DNA of 64,000 nt from Candidatus Nitrospinota bacterium M3_3B_026 (GTDB lineage: Bacteria > Nitrospinota_A > UBA7883 > JBPRGF01). The stretch lies in contig JBPRGF010000014.1 of NCBI GenBank assembly GCA_051418015.1, positions 1 to 64,000 of the forward strand. Reading direction: 5' to 3'. Shown piece by piece: positions 49,662 through 58,640 of this stretch. Made by a program: the position numbers and the translations under genes. A model generated the notes under the pieces. It saw only the letters and a list, made by a program, of their open reading frames with translations, did no database searches and was not told the DNA's origin. Within the stretch, counting starts at the first letter, position 1. Every line of letters begins with the position of its first letter.

Positions 49662-49982
49662 ATGCCGATAGAGGAAAAGCGCCGTTACCGCCGTATCCTT
49701 TTGAAAAACGGCCGTTCCGTGCAAATCCTGTTCGAATATGATCCGGACAAGAAGTATACCCCCGCCAACGTGGTGGATCAATCCGAGGGCGGGGCGCAGT
49801 TCCTCGCCGGGCGGGGCGAGGTAAGGGAGGGCGCCTTCGCCATAATAAAAGCCGCTTCCGGGTGGCCTTTGCCGGAAAAAAGGGCCACCGCCAGGGTGGT
49901 GTGGGCGGACAGGGACGGAGAGAAGACGCGGTTCGGCTGTGAGTATCTTTCCCCCATGACCGGGGTCCCCAACTTTTTCTAG
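49662..49982 (+). CDS. PilZ domain protein
   Basis: RRYRR and DQSEGG motifs; extended -10 TGGTATAAT at 49576-49584. Confidence 0.8.
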   Translation: MPIEEKRRYRRILLKNGRSVQILFEYDPDKKYTPANVVDQSEGGAQFLAGRGEVREGAFAIIKAASGWPLPEKRATARVVWADRDGEKTRFGCEYLSPMTGVPNFF

Positions 49983-49999
49983 TTTCCCTGGAGCCCAGG

Positions 50000-51073
50000 C
50001 TACAGGTATTCCTCCAACCCAAGCTCCTTCAGCTTGTCCGTGACGGCCCGGACGTCCTGGGCTCTCTCCTTGTTGAGCACCAGCACGGCGTCATCGGTTT
50101 CCACGACGATGACGTCGTCCACGCCGACGACGGCCACGATTTTCTTCTCGTTGTGGGCGAGGACGCCCGTGGAGTCCACGGCGATGAGCCTGCCGCGCTT
50201 GCGGTTGCCCTCCTCGTCGGGGCTCAGCAGGTCGTAAAGCGAGCGCCAGGAGCCGACGTCGCTCCAGCCGGGGTCCGCTTCGGCGACTATGACCTCGCCC
50301 CGCTCCCCGGCCTTTTCCATGACTCCGTAGTCGATGGATATGGACGGCAGGGAGGGGTAGACCTCGCCGAGGGCCTTTTCGAAACCTTCCGTCCAGGCCG
50401 CTTCCCGGAGCGGCCCCATCGCGTCCACCAGCTCCGGCAGGTCCCGCTCCAGCGCGTTCAGTATCGCGTCGGCCCTCCAGAAAAACATCCCGGAGTTCCA
50501 GAAGTGTTCCCCGGAGTCGGCATAGTGCCGGGCGGTCTCGAGGCCGGGCTTTTCCAGGAATTTTTCAACCTTGTAGACGTATCGCGTCATGGGCTCGCCC
50601 CGGTGGATGTATCCGTAGCCGGTCTCCGGGTAGGCGGGTTTTATGCCTATGGCGCCAAGGCTTTCAGGCTTTTCCCCTATCACCGCCAGCAGGTCGTTCA
50701 CGGCTTTGTGGAACTTGTCCGGCCTGGTTATGACGTGGTCGGCGGGGAAGACGGCCATGACGCCCTCCGGGTCGCGTTTTTTCACCATCATCGCCGCGAG
50801 CGCCACGCACGCCGCGGTGTTCCTGCCCGCCGGCTCGGCCACGATGTTTTCTCCGGGGATGTCCGGGAGCTGTTTTCGGACCTCGTCCGCGTGGACGGCG
50901 CCGGTTATGACCAGTGTCCTTTCGGGGGGTGCGATCTTCTCCAGCCTATTCGCGGTGTCCTGGATCATGGTCTTCTCGCCGATAATCCGCAGAAGCTGTT
51001 TCGGCATCCGCCGCCTCGAAAGGGGCCAGAACCTTGTCCCGCTGCCTCCCGCCATTATCACGTTGTAAATCAT
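50000..51073 (-). CDS. manC: Mannose-1-phosphate guanylyltransferase
   Basis: AGGSGTRFWPLSR, EPAGRNTA, FWNSGMF, ISIDYGVMEK, WSDVGSW. Confidence 0.93.
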   Translation of the reverse strand: MIYNVIMAGGSGTRFWPLSRRRMPKQLLRIIGEKTMIQDTANRLEKIAPPERTLVITGAVHADEVRKQLPDIPGENIVAEPAGRNTAACVALAAMMVKKRDPEGVMAVFPADHVITRPDKFHKAVNDLLAVIGEKPESLGAIGIKPAYPETGYGYIHRGEPMTRYVYKVEKFLEKPGLETARHYADSGEHFWNSGMFFWRADAILNALERDLPELVDAMGPLREAAWTEGFEKALGEVYPSLPSISIDYGVMEKAGERGEVIVAEADPGWSDVGSWRSLYDLLSPDEEGNRKRGRLIAVDSTGVLAHNEKKIVAVVGVDDVIVVETDDAVLVLNKERAQDVRAVTDKLKELGLEEYL

Positions 51074-51089
51074 GCCGTCCTTTCTCTTC

Positions 51090-51911
51090 TCAGCCAACGA
51101 AGGCGAGCGTGAGGGCGCCCGCCGCGAAACAATAATACGAAAACCAGGAGAATTTTCCCCGCTTCAGCAGCGCCACCAGCAACGCAAGACAAATGTACCC
51201 CACCGCCGCCGACGCCAAAAACCCCAGCGCAAGGCTCGATGGCGGGACGCCGCCGCCGTCCGGCTCGAACCCGAGGGCCATGGCGCCTATTATGGACGGG
51301 GCGGAAAGCAGAAAGGAAAACCTCGCCGCGTCCTCCTTCTCGACGCCGAGAAACAGCGCCGCGCTGATCGTCGCGCCGGACCTGCTTATCCCCGGCGTGA
51401 TGGCCAGCCCCTGCGCCACGCCGATTATAACAGCCTCGGCCCAACCGACCCGCGTGATCGGCCGGCCGCCGCCCGGAGCCCAGCGCGTGAGGAAAAGCAT
51501 GGCCCCCGTGACGATCAGCATCGCCCCGGCCAGCTTCGGCGAGCCGAACATCCGTTCGAAATCGTCTTTGAAGAAGACGCCGACGAGGCCCGTCGGGATT
51601 GTCCCCACGGCTATGAGAGCTCCCAGGCGCAACCCCGGCCTTGCCCGGAGCGTCTTTGCCCAGCCCTCGCCGCCGCGGATGTCCTTCAGCCCTTCCGCCG
51701 CGCCGCGGAACACGGCCGCCACGTCCCCGCGGTAATAATAAAGGAGCGCCGCCAGCGTCCCGAGGTGCAGCGTTATGTCGAAAAAGAGGACCGGCTCGGC
51801 CAGCCCGAAGAGGCTCTGGGCGATGACCAGGTGCCCCGACGAGCTGACTGGCAGGTACTCCGTGAGTCCCTGAGCGGCCCCCAGCAGGGCGGCCGTCAAC
51901 GGGTCCAACAT
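51090..51911 (-). CDS. uppP: Undecaprenyl-diphosphatase
   Basis: QGLTEYLPVSSSGH, PGISRSG. Confidence 0.96.
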   Translation of the reverse strand: MLDPLTAALLGAAQGLTEYLPVSSSGHLVIAQSLFGLAEPVLFFDITLHLGTLAALLYYYRGDVAAVFRGAAEGLKDIRGGEGWAKTLRARPGLRLGALIAVGTIPTGLVGVFFKDDFERMFGSPKLAGAMLIVTGAMLFLTRWAPGGGRPITRVGWAEAVIIGVAQGLAITPGISRSGATISAALFLGVEKEDAARFSFLLSAPSIIGAMALGFEPDGGGVPPSSLALGFLASAAVGYICLALLVALLKRGKFSWFSYYCFAAGALTLAFVG

Positions 51912-51984
51912 GCTCTCGGCAGGGCCTTTCTCATGCGTCTTTCTTCCACCGGGCGAAGGATGACGATTTCAGGGAAGGAGCAGG

Positions 51985-52019
51985 AAAAAAAGCCTCGATG
52001 ACGGCGTCCGCGCCGTCAT
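51985..52019 (-). terminator. Probable terminator of the oxidoreductase operon
   Basis: ATGACGGCG/CGCCGTCAT hairpin, with T7 on the minus strand 6 nt later. Confidence 0.5.
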
Positions 52020-52070
52020 GCCGCGCGCCACAGGGCCGCTGTGTCGAGGCGCGGAGCATGACGAGGGTTT

Positions 52071-54368
52071 TCAGAGCCCCGGGCTCTCGCTCATCGCCTT
52101 GATCCTGGCGAAGCGGCGGTCCACCTCGGCCTGGAACTCGTCGACGATGTCCTTGTAGTCGGGCTTTAGCATGTGCTTCGTCTTGCCCATCGTCTTGAGC
52201 CACTCGGTGACGGGTACCTTCTTGCCCTTGGCCTCGGGGTCGTAGTTGAGGGTGGTGATCCCCTTCTCCACCTCGTAGAGCGGGAAGAAGTTGCAGTCCA
52301 CCGCCGCCTGGCTGACCTCCTGGCCGGTGTTGTCCGGGTGGCGCCAGTTCAGGGGACAGTCCGAGAAGAGCTTGCCGAAGACCAGCCCCTCGTTCCTGGC
52401 GTACCACTGAGCCTTGGCGGCCTTGCGTATGAGGTCCTTGTACATCGACTCAGTGGCGGTGAAGACATACGGGATGTGGCACGCCGCGAAGAGCTGGGCC
52501 GAGTCCTTGTGGCCGAACTGTTTTCCCCTGCCTCTCGTTCCGATGTTCGACGTGGAGGTGACGTGGCCCTTCGGCGTGGTGAAGGAAAGCTGCGCGCCGG
52601 TGTTCATGTATCCCTGGTTGTCGTACTCCAGGATTATCATGTTGTGGTTGCGGAACGCCGCCCCCAGGGCCGGGCCCAGGCCGATGTCCAGCCCCCCGTC
52701 GCCGGTCACCATCACGAAGGTGATCTCCTGGTCGGCGGGTATTTCGCCGCGCCTCTGGCGCTCCTTGTACATCTCCACCACGCCCGCCAGCGTCGCCGCG
52801 CCGTTCTGGAAAAGGTTGTGGATATACGTAATGTTAAAGGATGTGTTCGGGTAGCCGGTGGTGACAACCATCCCGCAGCCGGTGTGCCAGAGCATCACCA
52901 CGTATCCTTCGATGCCTTTCAGGAACGTGCCCACGTTTGGGAATATGCCGCAGCCGGGGCATGCGCCGTGGCCGGCCACTATGCGATGGGGCATCTCCGT
53001 CAGGTCGCGCTGTTTTACCCCCTTGACCTCCACCTTGCCGGTCTTCTCGTCCTTGTAGACTTTCAGGATGCCGGGCGACTGCGCCTCCTTCGAAAGGGGC
53101 GGAAGGCCCGGCTCCGGCTTGAAATCCGGATCGCCCGGGGTGGCGCCGATGTAGTCGTAGGGGATCTCCACCTTCCCCTTTTTCACCGCGTCGAAAGTCA
53201 GCTCGAACATCTCCTCGGCGTCCTCGCCGAAGAAGTCCTTGCCCCCCAGGCCGTATATCCTGCTGATGACCATCGTCCTGTTGTCGGGGTCGTCCTTCAG
53301 GGCGGCCTTGACCTCGTGGCTCATCCGCCCGCCGTGGGCCCCGTAGGAGTCGGCCCTGTCGGCCACGAGCAACGCTTTCACATTTTTGCAGGCGCGCCTT
53401 ATCTGCTCGGCCGGGAAGGGGCGGATGACGGAGGGATACATCACCCCCACCTTTTTGCCCTCGGCGCGGAGCTTGTCGCAGGTCTCCATCGCCGTGTCCG
53501 CGGCGGAGTTCAGGATGAATATGGCCGTCTCGGCGTCCTCCATCCTGTAGGTTTCCAGCATGTTGTACTTCCGCCCCGCGAGCTTCTCCCATTCCTCGAA
53601 GACCTTCGGGATCACGCTTTCGGCGGCGGCCATGGCAAGCGACAGCTGCTTTTTGTTGTTAATCTGGTCCGGGTCGTTCATGTACGGGCCGATGGTGATC
53701 GGCTTTTCCGGATCCACCGAGACGTTCATCGGCTTGAAAGGCCCCACGAAATCCTGAACCGTCTCCCTGCTCTCGAAATACTGGACGCGCCGCTTCTGGT
53801 GCGAGGTGAAAAAACCGTCGTCGGAGACTATCACCGGCAGGCGGACATCCTCGGCCTCGCCTATCTTCACCGCCGCGATTATCATGTCGTAGACCGCCTG
53901 GGGGTCCTTGGCGCACAGAACTATCCAGCCCACGTCCAGAGCGGATATGAGGTCGGAATGATCGCCCCGGATGTCCAACGGGCCGGAGACGGAGCGGTTG
54001 ACGAGGTTGAGCACCATCGGGTAGCGCGTGCCGGACTGGACGGGATACTGCTCCAGGGAGAACAGAAGACCGTTGGCGCTGGTGGCGTTGAACACCCTTC
54101 CGCCGGCCGTCGTGGCGCCGTAGCATGTGCCCGCCGCGCCGTGCTCGCCGTCGCCGGGGATCAGGTGTATGTCATGCTCGCCGTTGGCCCACATGGCGTC
54201 GAGGTTCTCCGCCACCTCGGTGGACGGGGTTATGGGATAGTAGCCCATTATATGGAAGTTCACGTGCGAGGCGGCCATCGCCGACATCTCGTTGCCCGAG
54301 AGAAAATCGGTCATCTGGACTGGCTTTTTAGCCCCTTTCGCCTTTTCAGTCTCTGCCCTGGAGCTCAT
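52071..54368 (-). CDS. 2-oxoacid:ferredoxin oxidoreductase, fused alpha-beta subunit
   Basis: YYPITPST (alpha); GACPGCG, TGC, GDGG..YDN..YMNTG and CPLNW (beta; TPP and Fe-S motifs). Confidence 0.92.
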   Translation of the reverse strand: MSSRAETEKAKGAKKPVQMTDFLSGNEMSAMAASHVNFHIMGYYPITPSTEVAENLDAMWANGEHDIHLIPGDGEHGAAGTCYGATTAGGRVFNATSANGLLFSLEQYPVQSGTRYPMVLNLVNRSVSGPLDIRGDHSDLISALDVGWIVLCAKDPQAVYDMIIAAVKIGEAEDVRLPVIVSDDGFFTSHQKRRVQYFESRETVQDFVGPFKPMNVSVDPEKPITIGPYMNDPDQINNKKQLSLAMAAAESVIPKVFEEWEKLAGRKYNMLETYRMEDAETAIFILNSAADTAMETCDKLRAEGKKVGVMYPSVIRPFPAEQIRRACKNVKALLVADRADSYGAHGGRMSHEVKAALKDDPDNRTMVISRIYGLGGKDFFGEDAEEMFELTFDAVKKGKVEIPYDYIGATPGDPDFKPEPGLPPLSKEAQSPGILKVYKDEKTGKVEVKGVKQRDLTEMPHRIVAGHGACPGCGIFPNVGTFLKGIEGYVVMLWHTGCGMVVTTGYPNTSFNITYIHNLFQNGAATLAGVVEMYKERQRRGEIPADQEITFVMVTGDGGLDIGLGPALGAAFRNHNMIILEYDNQGYMNTGAQLSFTTPKGHVTSTSNIGTRGRGKQFGHKDSAQLFAACHIPYVFTATESMYKDLIRKAAKAQWYARNEGLVFGKLFSDCPLNWRHPDNTGQEVSQAAVDCNFFPLYEVEKGITTLNYDPEAKGKKVPVTEWLKTMGKTKHMLKPDYKDIVDEFQAEVDRRFARIKAMSESPGL

Positions 54369-54383
54369 CTTGAACGCCTCCCT

Positions 54384-55376
54384 CTATTCCGTGTAGCCGG
54401 CTTCGATGACCGCCTGGTCTGTCTCATACTCCACGCTCGACTTCAGCGCGTCGAACTTGCATATGTCGACGCACCGCAGGCAGCCCTTGCAGTGCTGGTA
54501 GTCTATCTTCTTTAGCGTCATGACCTCCCTGCCCTTCTTGTCTTTCCCCTTGTCCCAGATGAAACAGTAGTCCGGGCAGGTGATGTCGCACTCGCCGCAG
54601 GAGGTGCACTTCGAAAGGCTCAACACCGGCACATAGCCCGACCGGGAGACGGTCAGGTCTTTATATACAGAGTTGCCCGGCGTCAAGATGACGCCCCCCG
54701 TCGGCTGGTTCATGTACCCCAGCTTCTGCCCGTCGCGGCGGAAGGGCTGGGCGGGATACTTGCCGTCGTCGGCGAAGAACTTTTTCTCGAACTCCAACGC
54801 GCCCCGGTCGAACGTCTTCAGGTTCGGCTCGACGAGACTGGCGTATTTTTTGCCAAGGTTCTCCTCGATCCTCTTTTTCACCGCGTCAGGGTCGATGAAC
54901 CCCGAGGTGGCGGCGATAGTCCCGAGGAGGGCTGTGTTTATCCTGGTCTTCTCCTCCACGGCGATCTTCATCGCGTCGATGGTGACCACCGTGCCGCTCT
55001 GGAGCCTCATCTCGTCCCTGGCCTCGTCTGGGCTTTTGCGGGTGTTTATTATGACCGTCGTATCCGGCCCCGCGCCGGAGAGTATGCCGGGATAGCTCAG
55101 CATCGTCTCCAGGAATATTACCAGCATGTGCGGCTCCGTCACCGGCGCGTTGACGCGCACGTTGACGTCAGGATCGCAGAACCTCACGAAGGCTTTGACG
55201 GGGCTTCCCTTCTTCTCCGAGCCGTAGCTTGAGAAATTGGAGCCGTTGAAGCCCATCCCCAGAATGCCCGCCTCGCCGAGTATCTTCCCGGCGAGATTCG
55301 CTCCGAACCCCCCTACGGACTCCATCCTGATCTCGTAGAAGCCCAGGTCATTGACGATGGGAAGCTTTACGGTCAT
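54384..55376 (-). CDS. 2-oxoacid:ferredoxin oxidoreductase, fused gamma-delta subunit
   Basis: GGFGA, YGSEKKG (gamma) plus CTSCGECDITCP and CKGCLRCVDIC (two [4Fe-4S] motifs). Confidence 0.92.
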   Translation of the reverse strand: MTVKLPIVNDLGFYEIRMESVGGFGANLAGKILGEAGILGMGFNGSNFSSYGSEKKGSPVKAFVRFCDPDVNVRVNAPVTEPHMLVIFLETMLSYPGILSGAGPDTTVIINTRKSPDEARDEMRLQSGTVVTIDAMKIAVEEKTRINTALLGTIAATSGFIDPDAVKKRIEENLGKKYASLVEPNLKTFDRGALEFEKKFFADDGKYPAQPFRRDGQKLGYMNQPTGGVILTPGNSVYKDLTVSRSGYVPVLSLSKCTSCGECDITCPDYCFIWDKGKDKKGREVMTLKKIDYQHCKGCLRCVDICKFDALKSSVEYETDQAVIEAGYTE

Positions 55377-55471
55377 AAACTCTCCTCTCATCCTCATGAT
55401 TGGCCAGGCGGCCAGCCCGGCCTCCTCCCACGGCGCAAAACCACGGCGGCGCCTTGGTCCAAACCCGTGTT

Positions 55472-55527
55472 ACAGCCTCGCGGGTCGTGAAAGCTCCCGA
55501 TTATATAAAAAACAACCTCGCGGGTCG
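55472..55527 (-). promoter_or_regulatory. Sigma70 promoter flanked by a 16-bp direct-repeat operator pair
   Basis: Minus strand TCGACC-N17-TATAAT; ACA[G/A]CCTCGCGGGTCG at 55472-55487 and 55512-55527. Confidence 0.6.
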
Positions 55528-55621
55528 AGCCTTTGTTTCTGCCGGACTCTTCCAAAGACGCCACGATACCATGTTAACAAATGAGAGACTCGCCGTGGGT
55601 GGATTTAAAAAAGCGCCGTTT

Positions 55622-56218
55622 CTACAGCCTGATCCTGCCGGACAGGGATTTCGACAAGGTGATCTCGTCGGCGTACTCGAGGTCTCCCCCCATCGGCAAC
55701 CCCCGGGCTATGCGGGTGACCATCACGTCTTTTGGTTTCAACGCCTTGGCGATATACATCGCCGTGGCCTCCCCCTCAACGCTCGGGTTAGTGGCAATTA
55801 TCACCTCCTTCACGCCGCCTTCGTCCACTCGCTCCATCAGTTCTTTTATCTTCAGCGCCTCCGGCCCGACCCCGTCCAGGGGAGAAAGGACGCCCATCAG
55901 AACGTGGTACACGCCCCGGTATTCCCCCACCCTCTCCACGGCGAAAACATCGTGGGGCTCCTCCACCACGCAGACGGTGGAATGGTCCCGTCCGGGATCG
56001 GAGCATATCCGGCAGGGGTCGCTTTCGGTGATGGACATGCACGCGGAACATATCCTGACCTTGTCCTTGACGTCCATCAGGGCCCGGGAGAGCTTTTCGG
56101 CCTGCTCCCTGGGCGACTTCAGGATGAAAAAGGCCAGCCGCTCCGCCGTCTTCGCCCCCACCCCGGGCAGCTTCTGGAGCTGTTCGATCAGCCTGGAAAG
56201 CGATTCCGGCCCCTTCAT
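55622..56218 (-). CDS. recR: Recombination protein RecR
   Basis: [14 protein letters not shown]4 zinc finger, Toprim ([12 protein letters not shown]). Confidence 0.97.
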   Translation of the reverse strand: MKGPESLSRLIEQLQKLPGVGAKTAERLAFFILKSPREQAEKLSRALMDVKDKVRICSACMSITESDPCRICSDPGRDHSTVCVVEEPHDVFAVERVGEYRGVYHVLMGVLSPLDGVGPEALKIKELMERVDEGGVKEVIIATNPSVEGEATAMYIAKALKPKDVMVTRIARGLPMGGDLEYADEITLSKSLSGRIRL

Positions 56219-56281
56219 GCCCTTCGTCTCAACAACTGTTTATCATCTCCATGAAAAAACCGCCGCCCGCGCCGGAGCGCG

Positions 56282-57937
56282 TCAGGCGTCCCTGGCCACC
56301 CTCATCTCCGCTATCTCGCCGTCGAAAAGCTCCATGGCGGCCTGCACTATCGGCGTCTCATGCATCTTCTGTTTCATGTCCGTCTCGCGTTCGAGGCGTT
56401 TTTTTTTCACCTCTTCGTCCTCCCGTCCGCCCTCGTCGGAGGCGACCATCACCACCACGCGGGCCCTGGCGCCAAGCTCCCGGGAGGCGATCTTTTCAAG
56501 CCTGCTTTTCACCTTCGTTTCCTCGAGGCTCTCCCGCTCAAAGAGGCTGTTCACGGTTATGATCACGGCGTCGTCGTTAGTTTTGACGGTGGCGGCGTCG
56601 AATATCCCGTTCAGCATCGGCTTGTTGATCTCCCGTTTGAACAGCTCCACCAGCTTGCCTCCCCCGCCCTCAACGGCGCGGCGGATCGAGGGCGGCGCTG
56701 GCGCGACGTCCGGCCCCGGAGGGTTGTTCTCCGCTGGCGGGGAGGGCGCGGCCTCGGGCTTCGGGGCGTCTTCGGCGCTTTCCATCGCCTTCTCCACCCG
56801 CGCCCCTGCCCCGGCCGCTTTCTCGAGCAGGGTGTCTATGCTCACCGCGCCGCGTTTTTCGGCGAGCCTCAAAAGCCCCATCTCCAGGTTCAGGGAGGGC
56901 TGGTGGGAACGGCGGGTCTGGTCCTGGGTCTCGACCAGGACGTTGAAAAACCTGTGTATCTCGTCATAGCCGAACTCGCCGGCCCACCTGGAGAGCCTGT
57001 CCCGCTCCTCGGCCTCCATCCCGGCGAGTGTCTCCGGATTTATCTTGGCCGCCATGATGTCGCGGACGGTTTCCATCAGGTCTTCGAGGAACAGGACGGG
57101 GTCCGCCCCGGAGAGGGTCACCTCCCCGGCCAGTTTCAATATCTCCGCCCGGTCCTGAGCCGTCGCGGCGTCCATGACGCCCGCGATGACCGTCCGCGGC
57201 GCCATCCCGAGGATCAGCTTCACGTCCTCCTCGGTCACGCTCCCGCCCCCGTAGGCCGCCGCCTGGTCGAAAAGCGACTGCGCGTCACGCATCGACCCTC
57301 GCGCCCGCCGCGCTATCACCTCGACCGCTGCCGGGGATGCGTCTATCTTCTCCTTTTCCGCGATCATGTCGAGCTGGGCCGTTATGTCGCGGGCGCTTAT
57401 GGTCTTGTACTCGTAGCTCTGGCAGCGCGACAGGATCGTGTCCGGCACCTTGGAAAGCTCCGTAGTGGCGAAGATGAAGACCACGTGGGGCGGCGGCTCC
57501 TCCAGCGTCTTCAGAAGCGCGTTGAAGGCTTCCTTCGTTATCTGGTGCACCTCGTCTATGATGTACACCTTGTACCGCGACTTGGCCGGGGCGAACCGGA
57601 CCTTCTCCCTCAGCTCGCGGATGTTGTCTATCCCCCGGTTCGACGCGCCGTCTATCTCGTAGACGTCCATGGACGACCCCGAGGCTATCTCCACGCAGTT
57701 GCGGCACTCCAGGCAGGGCGCCGCCGTCGGGCCTTTCTCGCAGTTGAGCGCCTTGGCCAGGATCCTGGCCATGCTTGTCTTGCCCACGCCACGGACGCCG
57801 GAAAAAAGATAGGCGTGGGCTATGCGTTTTTTGTCTATGGCGTTGGTGAGGGTCCTCACTATGTGAGGCTGGCCCACGACCTCGGAGAACGTCCGGGGCC
57901 GGAACTTCAGCGCCGATACGGTGTGTTTTTCCTCCAT
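56282..57937 (-). CDS. dnaX: DNA polymerase III tau/gamma subunit
   Basis: GVRGVGKT, IDEVH, NALLKTLEEPP, SRC, GSMRDA. Confidence 0.97.
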   Translation of the reverse strand: MEEKHTVSALKFRPRTFSEVVGQPHIVRTLTNAIDKKRIAHAYLFSGVRGVGKTSMARILAKALNCEKGPTAAPCLECRNCVEIASGSSMDVYEIDGASNRGIDNIRELREKVRFAPAKSRYKVYIIDEVHQITKEAFNALLKTLEEPPPHVVFIFATTELSKVPDTILSRCQSYEYKTISARDITAQLDMIAEKEKIDASPAAVEVIARRARGSMRDAQSLFDQAAAYGGGSVTEEDVKLILGMAPRTVIAGVMDAATAQDRAEILKLAGEVTLSGADPVLFLEDLMETVRDIMAAKINPETLAGMEAEERDRLSRWAGEFGYDEIHRFFNVLVETQDQTRRSHQPSLNLEMGLLRLAEKRGAVSIDTLLEKAAGAGARVEKAMESAEDAPKPEAAPSPPAENNPPGPDVAPAPPSIRRAVEGGGGKLVELFKREINKPMLNGIFDAATVKTNDDAVIITVNSLFERESLEETKVKSRLEKIASRELGARARVVVMVASDEGGREDEEVKKKRLERETDMKQKMHETPIVQAAMELFDGEIAEMRVARDA

Positions 57938-57994
57938 GGGGTATTACTTTAACACGAGTCCGGCGCCGGGCGGGGCGTCCGCGGGCATAAAAAA

Positions 57995-58119
57995 GAGACG
58001 GCCCCAGAGCGCCGGGCGCCTTACTGCGCATCGAAAGCTCCGCTACCGCTGCTCCCTTCCGGGCCTGACGGAGTTCACGGGTAACGATCGCGTAAGACCC
58101 GGCGCTCTCGAGCCGTCTC
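57995..58119 (-). ncRNA. ffs: Signal recognition particle RNA (4.5S)
   Basis: Minus-strand helix-8 motif GTCAGGCCCGGAAGGGAGCAGC within a long terminal hairpin; upstream of dnaX. Mature ends approximate. Confidence 0.95.
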
Positions 58120-58257
58120 GAGGGGTGCAATGCTACCACGGATCGCGCCGCCGTGAAAGCCCCCCGCCAGCGGCTCCACAAACCCCTTGCCGGCAGGTTG
58201 CGCCATCTTTTATACTTTAAAATTCTTTTCAACAACGAAAGTCAACCGGAGGCCGAC

Positions 58258-58338
58258 ATGGCAAGCACGACAAGGAAAAGGAAACAGCGCCGCCGCTGGA
58301 GAAGCAAGAAGGCAAGCCACTACAGGAAAGTGAGATAG
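58258..58338 (+). CDS. 26-aa highly basic protein, bL37-like candidate ribosomal protein
   Basis: GGAGG RBS 5 nt upstream; MASTTRKRKQRRRWRSKKASHYRKVR; stop 3 nt before gatC. Confidence 0.65.
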   Translation: MASTTRKRKQRRRWRSKKASHYRKVR

Positions 58339-58341
58339 CCC

Positions 58342-58632
58342 GTGGCCATCTCCATGGACGAGACGCGCCGCGTGGCCGAGCTCGCCCGCCTTGAGCTTTC
58401 CGAAAAGGATGAGGAGCTTTTCGCGGAGCAGCTTTCCGCCGTGCTCGACTATATCGGCCAGCTCAACGAGCTGGACACGGAGGATGTGGAGCCGCTGTCG
58501 AGCGCGCTGGACATCAGGAACGTGGTCCGGGAGGACCGGGCCGAAAAAAAGTTCGACCCCGGCGCGTGGAGCTCGAACGCCCCCGCCAGCGACCAGGGCC
58601 ATTTCCGCGTGCCAAGGATAATAGAGGGCTGA
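58342..58632 (+). CDS. gatC: Asp/Glu-tRNA amidotransferase subunit C
   Basis: [25 protein letters not shown]. Confidence 0.96.
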   Translation: MAISMDETRRVAELARLELSEKDEELFAEQLSAVLDYIGQLNELDTEDVEPLSSALDIRNVVREDRAEKKFDPGAWSSNAPASDQGHFRVPRIIEG

Positions 58633-58640
58633 CACACCCC

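Noticed and set aside
52173..54515. Long antisense and alternate-frame ORFs (for example 780 aa here, 38695-40566, 42124-43980, 25146-26984)
   Set aside because: Shadows of real genes caused by high GC3; no recognisable motifs or RBS.
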